The notes under the pieces are model-generated. The model worked only from the letters and a program-made list of their open reading frames with translations, did not search any database and was not told where the DNA came from. A DNA stretch of 62,005 bases, the filler included, from Jimgerdemannia flammicorona (Eukaryota): the NCBI GenBank assembly GCA_003990765.1. It is 2 parts of 2 records of this genome, joined end to end, with 100 filler letters (N's around TTAATTAATTAA, not from the genome) between each part and the next. Parts side by side here need not be neighbours in the genome. Positions count along the whole stretch, not along the records: positions 31,059 to 62,005 come from RBNJ01000417.1; 1 more part is not named here. One strand, 5' to 3'. Position numbers and translations under genes: made by a program. Numbering within the stretch: position 1 is the stretch's first letter; every line of letters begins with the position of its first letter. Below are positions 39,877 through 51,588 of the stretch, piece after piece.

Positions 39877-40873
39877 ATGAATAACTCGGGCATCTTTTAC
39901 AAGAAGCGTGCCACCGATGAGGAGATCGAAACCTTCAAAAAATTTCTGACCAATTACCAGGTTGGAGACATTAAGGTTGCTGACAAGACACAGCTCAAGA
40001 ATCAATCCAACACGATCCGTATTCTTGTCGTTGGGGATGTCGGTTCAGGTCTGTATCTGCACAATGTCCCCGAACGAAAATGAGTACTTTAGTGGGTGTG
40101 CTAGATCTAAAGTTTCCGATGATCATGTCAACAGGGAAGTCTTCTTTCATCAAGACTCTGCTGCGGTTTTGCGGTAACGAGAGAGAGTCGAAATTTGTGA
40201 AGACAGGCGAGGGTTCAACCGGTGCCTCGGACACAGTCACCATGAGACACCATCGACTGACTGATACAGCGACAACCAACTACTTCATCTGCGACACGCC
40301 GGGATTTCCGGAAACCACACTTAATCAAGATATCTCTATGATGACTTCTCACGTGAAACGATACGTGGACGGGTATGGGCATTTGTAAAACGTATTTGCT
40401 GCTCTCAAGAAGTTGTGCCGATAAATTTTAATCTAACACAGGATTCACATCGTCGGAATAGATACATCCGCAACGGTGAAACGGTTTCATATCTCTTCAG
40501 TTTGACGGACTGGTTTTTCGGCAAAAGATATGCGGATAGTACGATGGATGCCGTCATATTCATTGCACGGCCCCCCTTGGATGGCAAGTACAGGATGAAC
40601 GACAGACGACTCGTTCACCTGAAGAAAATGAGACAGGAGCTCGAGAAGACTCTCGGCAGCAGGCCCTTCTTCTTTGTTATCACGGCGACCGACTATATCG
40701 AAATGGCGAAGGAAGATACGGCCCAAGACATTCTCCAAGTATTTGATGGCAGTATATTCATCGTGGGGAAGGAAGAAGAAGGAAGGTGCATGCCATCCGT
40801 CGAAGTGTATACAGAGCTTATGAAAGGCGTATTTGGAAGTATTGAGGAATATCGGCTGGAACATCGGACCTAA
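39877..40873 (+). CDS. IFI44-like P-loop GTPase B2 (273 aa); exons 39877-40048, 40135-40372, 40462-40873
   Basis: GDVGSGKS, FICDTPGF and VITATD; same intron positions as B1; 822 nt in frame. Confidence 0.88.
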
Positions 40874-41559
40874 TTACGTATTATGTTACACAAAGAATAG
40901 AAGCGTCTCAAGTTCGAGGAATTAGTGTTAACGATAAAATAATATGTACGAATAAAATGAATAAACCCCTATCTAGGAATTAAGAAACTCGGCACATTGT
41001 TCGCATAAGTCGAACGGCTACACATTAAAAATTACCACGGCTGGTTTACCGATGCGCATATTGTAGAATCGTAATGGCGAAGAGCGGCACTTTATTGATA
41101 ATGTAAATAACGCGCTTTTACGCGTTACTGCAACTACATCGGCATTGACAAAGAGTTGTGGCAGGAATATGCTGGTAGTACGCTCAAGCACCGCAGTTGC
41201 GCCACGATCTGCATGCAGCGCATAGAAAAAAAAACGTATCTAAATCCATTAGTGAATGTTGAATGATCGGTACTCTAATTTTGCGTGACGTTTAGCCGGC
41301 CATTTGAGCATAATTGTTTCCATCTGAATTCGGGTTCGATGTGAACTGCATGACGATGCTCATTTTATTTTATTTTATTTTATTTTATTTTTGGCAGGCC
41401 AGCGCGTAGGTTTGTGCCAATAGATACATTACGGTTATGTACAGCTCCAGCGAAAACTCGCTGGCTGAATTCTCGGCGCATGTTGAACATAGTTATTGAA
41501 ATAAAAGATGATACTATAATCGATACATCTTGCATTCTATTTGATATGATCACTGATCT

Positions 41560-41974
41560 TAGTGTTCCGCAAAATGGACGACCAGAGCTGAACCCGAGAA
41601 TTTAATTTTAAAACCCGAGTTCAGACCCGACCCTTTATATGGTGAACATACATGCCAAGTTTCAATATATTTAGATATGGTTTCATAAAGATATAAGATA
41701 TTTTCAACTCAGGTCAGGTCAGGTCTACATTCTCTCAAAAAGTATTATAACTTTTTCAGAGAATGTAGACTCAACCTGACCTGAGTTGAAAATATCTTAT
41801 ATTTTTATGAAAACATCCAAATTTAATAAAACTTATCATATATGTTAACCATGTAAAGATGAAATACTGTTTGAATTTACAATAAATTGGTGGAGAAATT
41901 GGGTCCGGTCTGAACTCGAGTTTTAAAATTAAATTCTCGGGTTCAGCTCGGGTCGTCCATTTTGCGGAACACTA
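41560..41974. mobile_element. Young hAT-type MITE (415 bp), near-palindromic, 8-bp TSD
   Basis: TIR TAGTGTTCCGCAAAATGGACGACC...GGTCGTCCATTTTGCGGAACACTA (~70 bp). TSD ACTGATCT at 41552-41559 and 41975-41982. Internal inverted repeat at ~41683-41812. Confidence 0.95.
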
Positions 41975-42770
41975 ACTGATCTGGTGGTATGGTCTTTTTC
42001 AATAAGTGTGATATGTCAAATTATTTATTTAATTCAACGATGTATTATTAACTAATTTTATATGCAAAATATTTACCCGAACCAGATGCATATATATATC
42101 GCGCCAATGCAGATTAGACGAAGTATTTATCCACAAGAGGCGTGCACATTGTTGAGCCGGAAGTGTCGCCGAGATATGGACATCCAGCGAGATATCAAAT
42201 ACCAACATCGGTAACGGTCATCGCATCTCTCCGATTGTTGCCGATGCGTACCTGTTGTATTTGTCTGCCAACGTTTCCAGAGCCATGTTTGCCAAGCATG
42301 CATCACGACAACATGAATTCGCATATACAATTCCAATGTCTTCATAATGCAGGCATGGAAATAACTCACCGAGGGTTAGTTGTGGAAATACCCGCGTGAA
42401 TAAAACACTGCGACAAATGGTCTCCAGATAAATTTAACAATATCCGCTAGCCATCCGGCAATCGTATGAGTTTCAGATTTCGCGCTCACGCGTATCATAT
42501 AATGATGTTTGTTTGTCGTTAGTAAGCGCGTAATTCGGACCCAATAACTGTAATACAATGATCAATAGTTCGCGATCGCCGGATTGCTAGTTAGTTTAAC
42601 CGCTTGTGGCATAACACTGTGTTGGCTGTAGCGAATTGTATGTTGGCTGTAGCGAATTGTATGTATTACCAACATCCAACCGCATTATGGCGCATATGAC
42701 AATTTCGCCCGTTTGTTGTATTGACGCGCGCTCCGCGAAATTAAGATTTGATCACACATTCTTCCTTTCC

Positions 42771-43076
42771 CTGCGGCTTTGCGGTAACCAGAGAGAAGCG
42801 AGGATTGTGCCGGGATTTCCAGTATCCACACTTAATCAAGATATTTCTACGATGAACTATCACGTGAATCGATTCATGGGCATTTTCAATCGAATCAGAA
42901 AGCGTATTCGCTGCTCCCAAAAGGCCGTGCCTATCTAACACAGGGTTTAAGTTATCGGCATAGATACGTTCGCAAGGGTGAAGCCGTTTCATATCCCTGC
43001 AGTTCGTTACAATGGCATTTCGGCAGGAAACACGCGGAGAGTACGATGGATGCCTTTATATTTATTGCAATACCAC
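42771..43076 (+). pseudogene. Internal fragment of a fourth IFI44-like GTPase copy
   Basis: LRLCGNQREAR..PGFPVSTLNQDISTMNYHVNRF, a remnant of intron 2, and YVRKGEAVSYPC...ESTMDAFIFIA. The P-loop, part of exon 2 and the C-terminus are deleted. Confidence 0.85.
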
Positions 43077-45058
43077 TGTAATACACAGTTTGATAGAAAG
43101 AGGGCAAGATATCGGAGCGCGTGCAAATGCAAAAAAAAAAAATCAGAATGACGGCGTACCCACCATGCCGCAAAGGTTCAACAGATATTGTGCGATTTTT
43201 GCTAAAATGTGGTGCAGCTATAGATATGGCAAATGACCGCAGACTAATTGCAGTGATAATTACAATGCGCCATGCGGTCGAGATTGTATAGATGTTGATA
43301 AATGTTGTGGAGTTAGGGAGAATAAGCAAAGCAAGAAGCGATTAAGCAAGTCGTCAAAGATTGATGACGTAGACAAAGATTGGCTGCGCCACCACATATC
43401 GAGATGTAATAGAAAACTAGATTTTTCAACAATAAACATGCGATCAAATACGTGCTCGCCACAGCCAATGCAGTGTGTGGACCACGTATGGCTCAAGCGG
43501 TTAATCTAGCGAGCAATCCAACGAGTAATCCAACGAGCAATCCAACGGTCGAGGTTGTCCCAGAATTATAGGTCAATGTTGGAGCAGAATTATGCGGAGA
43601 TAGGATAACAAACAATAGTATACGATATGCGGGGGTGCGAGATGTAAAAATATGACACATGACTGTGTGTCAAGCAGGAGTCTATCTGGGGGCCGTTCAT
43701 TTTGTGTTTGATGGGCATTTCAACAACTAATACTCGAATAGGAATCCGCGAGTTTTCTCCATGCCCGCGTTGTTAAGACATTTGAATCTAGATTGGCATT
43801 TGTATAAGTGGGTTCACGTTATCATGGATCTACAACCTGTCGACGATATTACGATACGTGTTTTTGAGTATTCAACGGAAATGTCGCGGGTAACCTTCCA
43901 AAAATATGTTCCTTACATTGTAAAGGTTTGTCTGCAACTGGAAAATTCATAATTATCGTATGAACATCTAATAACAGTTTGCAAAGGCTCAATCGACCTT
44001 GTGAAGTTTCCATCCCTTTCTTTTTTTTTTTTGGGGGGGGGGGGAGGGTGCCGCGACATGCTATCTTGTTCCGGCACATCGATAAGCTGGAACTTGACGA
44101 CGAAAAACATGACGGACCAGGCACGGGATTTGGCAATATGGCGAAAGTGCAATGACTAATTCCACCCAGTAATCTAAGCGCATAATCATTGAAGTCGAAA
44201 GAAATCCAGTGCTCCGAGGTGACCTCAAAATTAAGATTCGATCAGACGTCAGAATCGTGGATTGGGTGTCCCAGCAACATGGTTACTAATAAACGATTAT
44301 ACGCCCGCGGAGCTCCTAGTCAGCAGGTTGGCTTTGTGCTCGAACTCGTTTCTGAAAACGTCATCGTCGGCAGATATAACAGGTTTGAACTTTTATGGAA
44401 TATTTGTTATTGGTTGAGAGGAGACAAGGAGGAGTGGTGATGACCATGGGCCCGGCATCATATGCCGACGACATGTAACGAGTCAACAAAGAAGCTAAGG
44501 GACGACATTGCTCAATACGTGAATGCGTGACCGCTTTGTCCTAGCCGCGCCCTGCACGGATGTAACCGTTATTCATTTGACACGAAAGTATATGGTGGCA
44601 TGCCATGACTTTTCAAGCACAGAAATCATTTGGAGCTTTCACTGTATGGCCAATTACATCAGAATTATTGAATGCGAGGTGAGAGACAATGCGTCATGGC
44701 ATTCGAGTATTTAATTGTAAGAAATTCTTCACAGAATACATGCGACGACTTCCATATACAGCATCAATCCTTCCTTCCTAATCACTCTTAATGCATTGAA
44801 TAAAGGTCCCTGGTGGCAGAGATGGTAATCTAAGCCAAACCTATACTCTACGACATCGCAAATTTTTTACGTATGACGTTGTCTACGTTTTTACAATTCC
44901 ACTCCTAATGTTTCCAATATCAGCCATTGTTGGCCTGTTAAGTAAAAAAACTGCCCCGCGGTTCATATGCACGCGGTTCAGTACCACCGCGAGGCTAGAT
45001 ATTTATTCATATGCACAATATCTCCCACATACAATGTGAACACGATGTCCTCTGCTAT

Positions 45059-45717
45059 TTATGTATATTTTGGAGAAATGTTTTTTTTAAAATCTTGCTC
45101 AATATATTGTATGTCGTCGTCTTCCAATTTGTCTCCGTGACCGTTCAGAAGGAAATACGTGACGTTGCGGCATTTCGGCAGGCTCAGACGGCACCGCTCC
45201 TGTAACGATGTCTTCGGTGGAAAAGCGACAAAGTTTCGCACGACAATAACATATAGTGGAACACCTGCGAAAATTTGTTTTTAAATGGCGAAGAAGGGAT
45301 TCTTGTTGCTTAATAAAACAATTCATAGGAGAACATACTTACGGAGTTCACCACCGGATCGGGGTAACATATCCTTAAGGAACTCATCTGACTTGTAATC
45401 CAGTCGCTCGTCGGAATAATAAAAATATACAGCTGCTGTCGGACAACCCGGAATTTCACGCCACAAAGGTAAGACCCTGCTACAGAGCTTTTCATCAGTA
45501 ATACCTACCCCTTGAGGTGTTTGAACAGATATATACATGTTTCAGTTCGTAGACATGATAACCGATGTATGTCGACCGAGGATCGAATTTGCTTACTCTG
45601 GTTTTCAGGAGAGGTGTTTTCCGCAATGCTACTCAACTGGCCTTTAACCAAGTCGTTGGGACAATCTCCGTTGATGTCGATGGTCAAAGGCCAAATTTTC
45701 GAGATGTAATTCAACAT
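45059..45717 (-). CDS. Unknown alpha/beta protein A3 (~164 aa); exons 45717-45597, 45510-45343, 45264-45059
   Basis: TIDINGDCPND, AVYFYYSDERLDYKSDEFL, PLYVIVVRNF, RCRLSLP and YFLLNG; 495 nt in frame. Confidence 0.8.
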
Positions 45718-46019
45718 TAGATTCTCTCTAATTGATAGGAAGGGCTTCAAGATGCAATGCTTTCTTTCTCAGGCCGCACCTGTTATGGACCGGGCCCGTG
45801 GGAAGAAAATCCGCGATGAGTCAAAAGGTTGACCGTTCCGGATATAATTGTCAAGAGTTTGATGTCTCGATAGTACCCCGAGATTGCAATAACAAACACA
45901 AACGCTCTCCATGTGTCAACGTACTGTGCGTCACCTATTGTTGACCGAGATTGAAGTCATGGTACTATTTTGTTGACAGCACTCTTTGTGCGCGCCCATG
46001 ACTTCACAACACCAAACAC

Positions 46020-46209
46020 AAGGTTTCGATCTCCTCATTGGTGGCAGGCTTCTTGTAAAAGATGTCCGAGTTATTCATCTTTCACTCGCGCTTCGATGTC
46101 GAATTTCCTTGGCATCATGTGGTTTGTATGTTGGTCATGTGGGCGCGTATACAAAGAGTGTTATCAATCCGAAATGGTCATCAGACATACGTTTTATTTA
46201 TATACCATG
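46020..46209 (-). other. Inverted duplicate of the B2 promoter and first ~19 codons
   Basis: The reverse complement of 46021-46112 is nearly identical to 39843-39934, and that of 46113-46209 matches the conserved promoter block at 39713-39811. Confidence 0.85.
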
Positions 46210-46273
46210 CATATATCTATTGTGACATGTCAACTGGACATAAAATTTGGACCAGATATTCGACAAGGAAAAG

Positions 46274-47290
46274 ATGAAGATAAATCGCGCTGACTTCTTT
46301 TACGACCAGCCTGCCACGGATGCCGAAATTGAAACTTTCAAAAAATTTCTGGACACGTACGAGGTTGGAGACATCAAAATCGTCGACAAGACAAAGTTCA
46401 AGAATAAATCCGACACGATCCGTATTCTTGTCGCTGGAGATGTCGGTTCAGGTCTGTATTTGTACCACGTCTGCGCACAAAATATGAACGCTTTGTTCGA
46501 TGTGCTAGATCTAAAAGTTTTCCGATGATCATATCGACAGGGAAGACTTCTTTTATCAAGACTTTGCTGCGGATTTGCGGTAACCAGAGGGAATCTAGGC
46601 TCATCTCCACTGGCTGGGGTCTATCTTCCAATGAAACTGACACAGTCACCTTAAAATACTATCGACTGACCGAGACAACGAGGGCCAACTACTTCATCTG
46701 CGACTCGCCGGGATTTCCGGTAACCACCATTTATCAAGACGTCTCTATGATGACCTCTCACGTGAAACGATTCGTGGACGGGTATGATTATTGCAGTCGA
46801 ATCATAAAACGCATTTACTGCTCTTAAAAGGCTGTGCCGATCTAACACAGGATTTAATCATCGGAATAGATACGTTCGCAAAGGTGAAACTATTTTATAT
46901 CCCTGTAGTTGGTTCCAAAGGCATTTTGGTATAAGATACGCGGATAGTACGATGGATGCTGTTATATTCATTGCAAGGCCACCCCTGGACATCGTCGGCC
47001 ACGAAATGTGCAAGTTGAATAACGAAAAACTCATGCACCTGAAGAGAGTGAGGCAGGAGCTCGAGAAAACTCTCGGCGACAGGCCCTTCTTCCTTGTCAT
47101 CACGGCGACCGACTCGATGGCTTGGGCAACGGAAGAGGTGTGCAGAGAAATTCTCGAAGTATTCGATGGCAGTGTATTCATCGTGGGAAAGGAAGAGGAA
47201 GGAATGTGCATGCCATCCGTCAAAGTTTACACAGAGCTTATTAGTAGTATATTCGCAAGTATTGAGGAATACCGACTGGATCATATTTGA
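46274..47290 (+). CDS. IFI44-like P-loop GTPase B3 (279 aa); exons 46274-46451, 46541-46781, 46870-47290
   Basis: GDVGSGKT, FICDSPGF and VITATD; 840 nt in frame. Confidence 0.88.
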
Positions 47291-48104
47291 TGTCATCACT
47301 TATTTATGTTATGCAAAGAACAGTAAACGCGCAATAGTGTAAATGATATAGCATATTCCATTTAACATTTGTGAATAAAACTTACTGAACAACAGCTGTC
47401 CCTACATAAACCACAAAGATGGTCGGAAAATGTCTTGAACATGTCTGACTGACCAACTGATTGCAGCTGCACATTGAAAATTACCATCGATGCGCACCTG
47501 TTCACAATCGTCCACGGGTGTAGCTCATTGCGCGGATGCACATATAAATCAGTTCCGCCAGCGATTGTCTCGTAGGCAAGATACTCCGCGGCCGTATAAT
47601 AAAAGCGTGTGCCAATTGTACGACACTATGGCTGCACCATATCACGAAAACATTTCGGCATTCTTACTCGCCTTCTTGCGCGTTCGTAGAATGTGCAGAA
47701 TCAGAATGCAGCCAGAATCAGAATGCAGCTTAGAATGCCAGCCCAGATTGTGCGAATGCGCGTTTCAGGATGCGTCGTTGGGAATGCTTACAGAATAACA
47801 ACAATATGTCTGTCTGTAGAATGCACTATACATTACTGCTATTCATACATGCCCTCCCTAAATTGTCACATATTGATTGCAATTATTGCAAGCCATGCAT
47901 AGCAAAGACAATAGTGTTTAGTGATGACAGGTATGAAGTTGTGGATATTTACAATTGTGAAAAGGGAGGATATATATATTTGCAGAGGAGGAATGCTCTA
48001 TCTAATGATGACTAAGTGCAGAATGGCAATGAACGACAACTAAGCACTGAACGGCGATGATTCCAAGCCTCCAATATTACCAGTTACAGCAAGACTGAAT
48101 TCAG

Positions 48105-48120
48105 TACCTATAAATAGAGA

Positions 48121-48145
<25 letters not shown>
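48105..48145 (+). mobile_element. Minimal retroposed insertion (15 nt + poly(A)) with 17-bp TSD
   Basis: AGCAAGACTGAATTCAG at 48088-48104 and 48146-48162 flanks TACCTATAAATAGAG plus an A-tract. Confidence 0.85.
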
Positions 48146-48151
<6 letters not shown>

Positions 48152-50042
48152 ACTGAATTCAGAAATCATCTGAGAAATAATGATGCAAAGAACTGAATTC
48201 AGAAATTATCTGAGCAATGATGATACTTAGTTAATTTGAAGTTATAAAATATAAAGCTGAGTCACAACAGTTGCAATTGATATTATAGAATATTATCAAT
48301 TAAGAACCAAGTAATATATAAATTAGATTTACTATATACTAAATTGAAGAACTATATATAACAAAGACTAAACAAGTATAAATATATTTACAAATATATA
48401 TAAATATATTCTTAATTATCTATAACTATATATATCTGCTTTAATATCTGGTAAATAATTATTAACCTAGCTATCAAATTCAAACTCTTAAGAAATATTT
48501 ATAGTCTGATATCCTACTACTTTATAGAAACCAGATGAACTGCTCTAAATATAATTAATAAAGTCTACTAAATTAGATAAATCCCAAGCTGCTTCTAAAT
48601 TAGATATCTATTAAAAGATCTAGTTAATTATTATTAGAACTCAAATATAATTAATATATCTTATTACTAAATATTTATCAATGAGAATTATTTGTAAATA
48701 TTAGTAGCTGTATTCTCTATCTTTATATTACTACTAGTAAAATAATCAGTACTTTCTTCTATATAAAAATTGAAGATATAAATTAAAAAATCTATAATAA
48801 GTATATAAATATATATATCAATAATATTCTACTTTTTAATTACTAAGAACAGACTTTATAGATATTACAACTTAGTTATATAATAAGAGATATATTTAAT
48901 ATTATTAATTTCAATAATAATGAAACTAAAGATAATAATCTATCTAATAACTAGTGTGATGGTTGATTTGAATTAGAAATATAAATTAGAAGAATAGATA
49001 TTTAATTACAGTATCTGAATTTAATTTCCAAATATAGTATAGCCTTATAAATAGCAGTCATTTTACAAATGTAGAAATTTTAACAAATGTTAGAATTTCA
49101 CAAATATCAAGATTTAATAGATATTAAATTCTGATAATTATTGAAAATTTACAGATGTTAAGAATCTATACTTGTAAAAAGTAACTTATAGGAAATATAG
49201 TTATAACTTAGCCACCTTATAGTTAGTAAACTTATATAAATATTCTCAGTATCTAGAGTAAATAAACCTTAGATCAAAATAGTTCAAAGTAAAAAAAAAG
49301 CAAGAGAACTAGTAAGTCTATAGATAGATATACTTCAAACTCACTTACTCCTATATTCTGAGAATTCTATAGAGTCAAAGAAGATTAAGTTTTCAAAATA
49401 TAGAAATCTGATATACTTCTGAGATTAGGTATTTACTACATTATAACTTGGTATTTATTAGCTAATAATTCAAGATGAATTCCTTACTTGCAAAATAAAT
49501 AATAAATAACTGCTATTATCTAAACAACCATATAAACTAAATAAAGATATTTAAATAAGATAGATATGAGACTATCAGTATTTTATAGATATATTTCAGA
49601 TAAATTAATTATTATCTTCATTAATAATTTTGAGTAATATACTACTATAAGGACCCTGATAGTAAGACAATAAGTAGTTTTTATATTCTTTAGTCTCTAA
49701 GGTCCAGCAAGAGTAATATTCACAGCTATAACTCATATAGAAGTAGATGATAATATTATGCTAGTAGTATAAAAGACCTGGCTACAAACTACTTACTATA
49801 TAAATAAGATCAAGTAAGCTCTAAAGAATTAGCTCAATATAATATATAAAGAAATGAATAAAGATATAAATATATTTTATATCAAGATTTAATATTAGAT
49901 AATCTTTACTAATTATACTAATACTATCTAAGACTAAGTAGTCAAAGTAACCTTTATGAAAGGAATCTATTCAGAAATAGCTATGGCTATCTACTCATTA
50001 TCAGTAGTTCTAGACCTACTATAGAAGGTTATCTATATATAG

Positions 50043-51588
50043 TGTAACGGTGACCCCAGAATGATGATATCAGTACAGAAGACAGCCCTTCCTTGCAAGC
50101 CACCAGATCAGAGCACAAAAAGATCATATGGTATACGAGATGAGCAATGATGACCAACTGTGAGTCATTGTGACCACAGTACAAGCATCTTGAAGAATAT
50201 AAAAGAAGGATCAAGAAACTGCAGTAGTAGCAACCAACAAGAACCACCAATCTAAAAATAGCTCAAAGACTTACCACAAATGAAATGCCTGCTGCCTGCC
50301 AAACCTCAAGGTCAAGGAATCACCAAGATATCTCAGTTGAGGAAAGGATGTTCCAAGATATCAGAAGAGCCATGAGAACCCACTCAAGAAGGACTCCTAG
50401 TGTCCACCTGGGTACTGCAGACCCTTATCACTTCATTCTCTACTGCCATGAAATAGAAACAAGGATCACTATTGCTACTGAATACCTCCAAATATGGCAG
50501 AAGTACGAAATAGGAAACCTCCTCTACCAGGAGTTTCCACAGGCTAGCACCCAAGAGCTACAAGATTCCACTCCCATAGATATATATGAAATGAGAACAG
50601 CTAAGAAGATCCATCAGATCTTCAGGCATACATCATGGTCAATCCCCAACTTAGAGTATGTCAGAGTCTCAGACTTCAGAGACCTATCATCCTACTGTAT
50701 CAATGCACTAGAAGCCAGGGTGGCTACAGAAGTCCAGTCCACTATCACCCTCAATAGCAAAGAAGTAGAAGACTTCTGGCATCCTATCCTTCAGGACAAC
50801 CCAGACCAATTCCTGCAAGGATTGATCTCAGTATTCCAAGACCCAAGCATCCAGGTTAGACCTCCCCAAGACCCCACATTTGTTCTCTATTTTGTGGAAG
50901 AGAATCTCATAGACTGGAGAGCTCCAGATCTCCTTGTTCCCGATTTTCCCACCACAGCCAAACATGATGATGTCATTGGTGATGATGTCATTCTGCATGA
51001 CATCAAAGTACGCGAAACGCATGACCTACATATATGACAAATTTGTGAATCTCATCTCCTTCAGTAATGATGATGATGATGAAGCCCCTATGATCCTAAA
51101 CTTTCTGCTCTAAGTTCTTTGTTACACTGGATAATGCCAGCACCAGTATTCTCATGTAATACTGGATAATGCCAGCACTGGTATTCTGAGGTGACACGAA
51201 ATTGTTCCAGCACCAGCATTTTGATGTGATACTAAATAATACCAGCATTCTGAATCTGTACAACCATTAGTACCAGCCCTGGAACTTAGTAGTTTTAGTT
51301 ATTGGAATTTATATTTAGCTTTATATCTTAGCAACCATTGAATTATATTTTGTATAAATACCCCTCTTATTTTCTCTGAAATAAAGTCAGTCAAGTTCAC
51401 TTACACACACTTTCTTGCAAGCCATCTAAGAGATAACAAGACAGTTAAAGATAAGAAGTTTGAGGACTATAAGACCTTGGGAAGGTACTCCAATAAGAAC
51501 TTGCTTATAACAAACTTGAGTTAGTCTAAGAGATACATCTTGAAGAGAATCTGGCATATTTGAAGGACTCAGCAACCACTATATGACA
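50043..51588 (+). repeat. 5' LTR (~1.55 kb)
   Basis: The first ~960 bp are repeated at 57292-58252. TATA GTATAAATACCCC at ~51352 and AATAAA at ~51380; followed by the PBS. Confidence 0.8.
50285..51037 (+). CDS. LTR-encoded unknown protein ORF-X (250 aa)
   Basis: Open ORF from ATG. Second copy in the 3' LTR (57534-58259, one stop) and a diverged homolog at 59084-59870 (-). Confidence 0.7.
   Translation: MPAACQTSRSRNHQDISVEERMFQDIRRAMRTHSRRTPSVHLGTADPYHFILYCHEIETRITIATEYLQIWQKYEIGNLLYQEFPQASTQELQDSTPIDIYEMRTAKKIHQIFRHTSWSIPNLEYVRVSDFRDLSSYCINALEARVATEVQSTITLNSKEVEDFWHPILQDNPDQFLQGLISVFQDPSIQVRPPQDPTFVLYFVEENLIDWRAPDLLVPDFPTTAKHDDVIGDDVILHDIKVRETHDLHI

Noticed and set aside
48160..50040. Possible hAT transposase relic
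   Set aside because: Too eroded; only a faint AASKLDIY-like motif, insufficient for a call.
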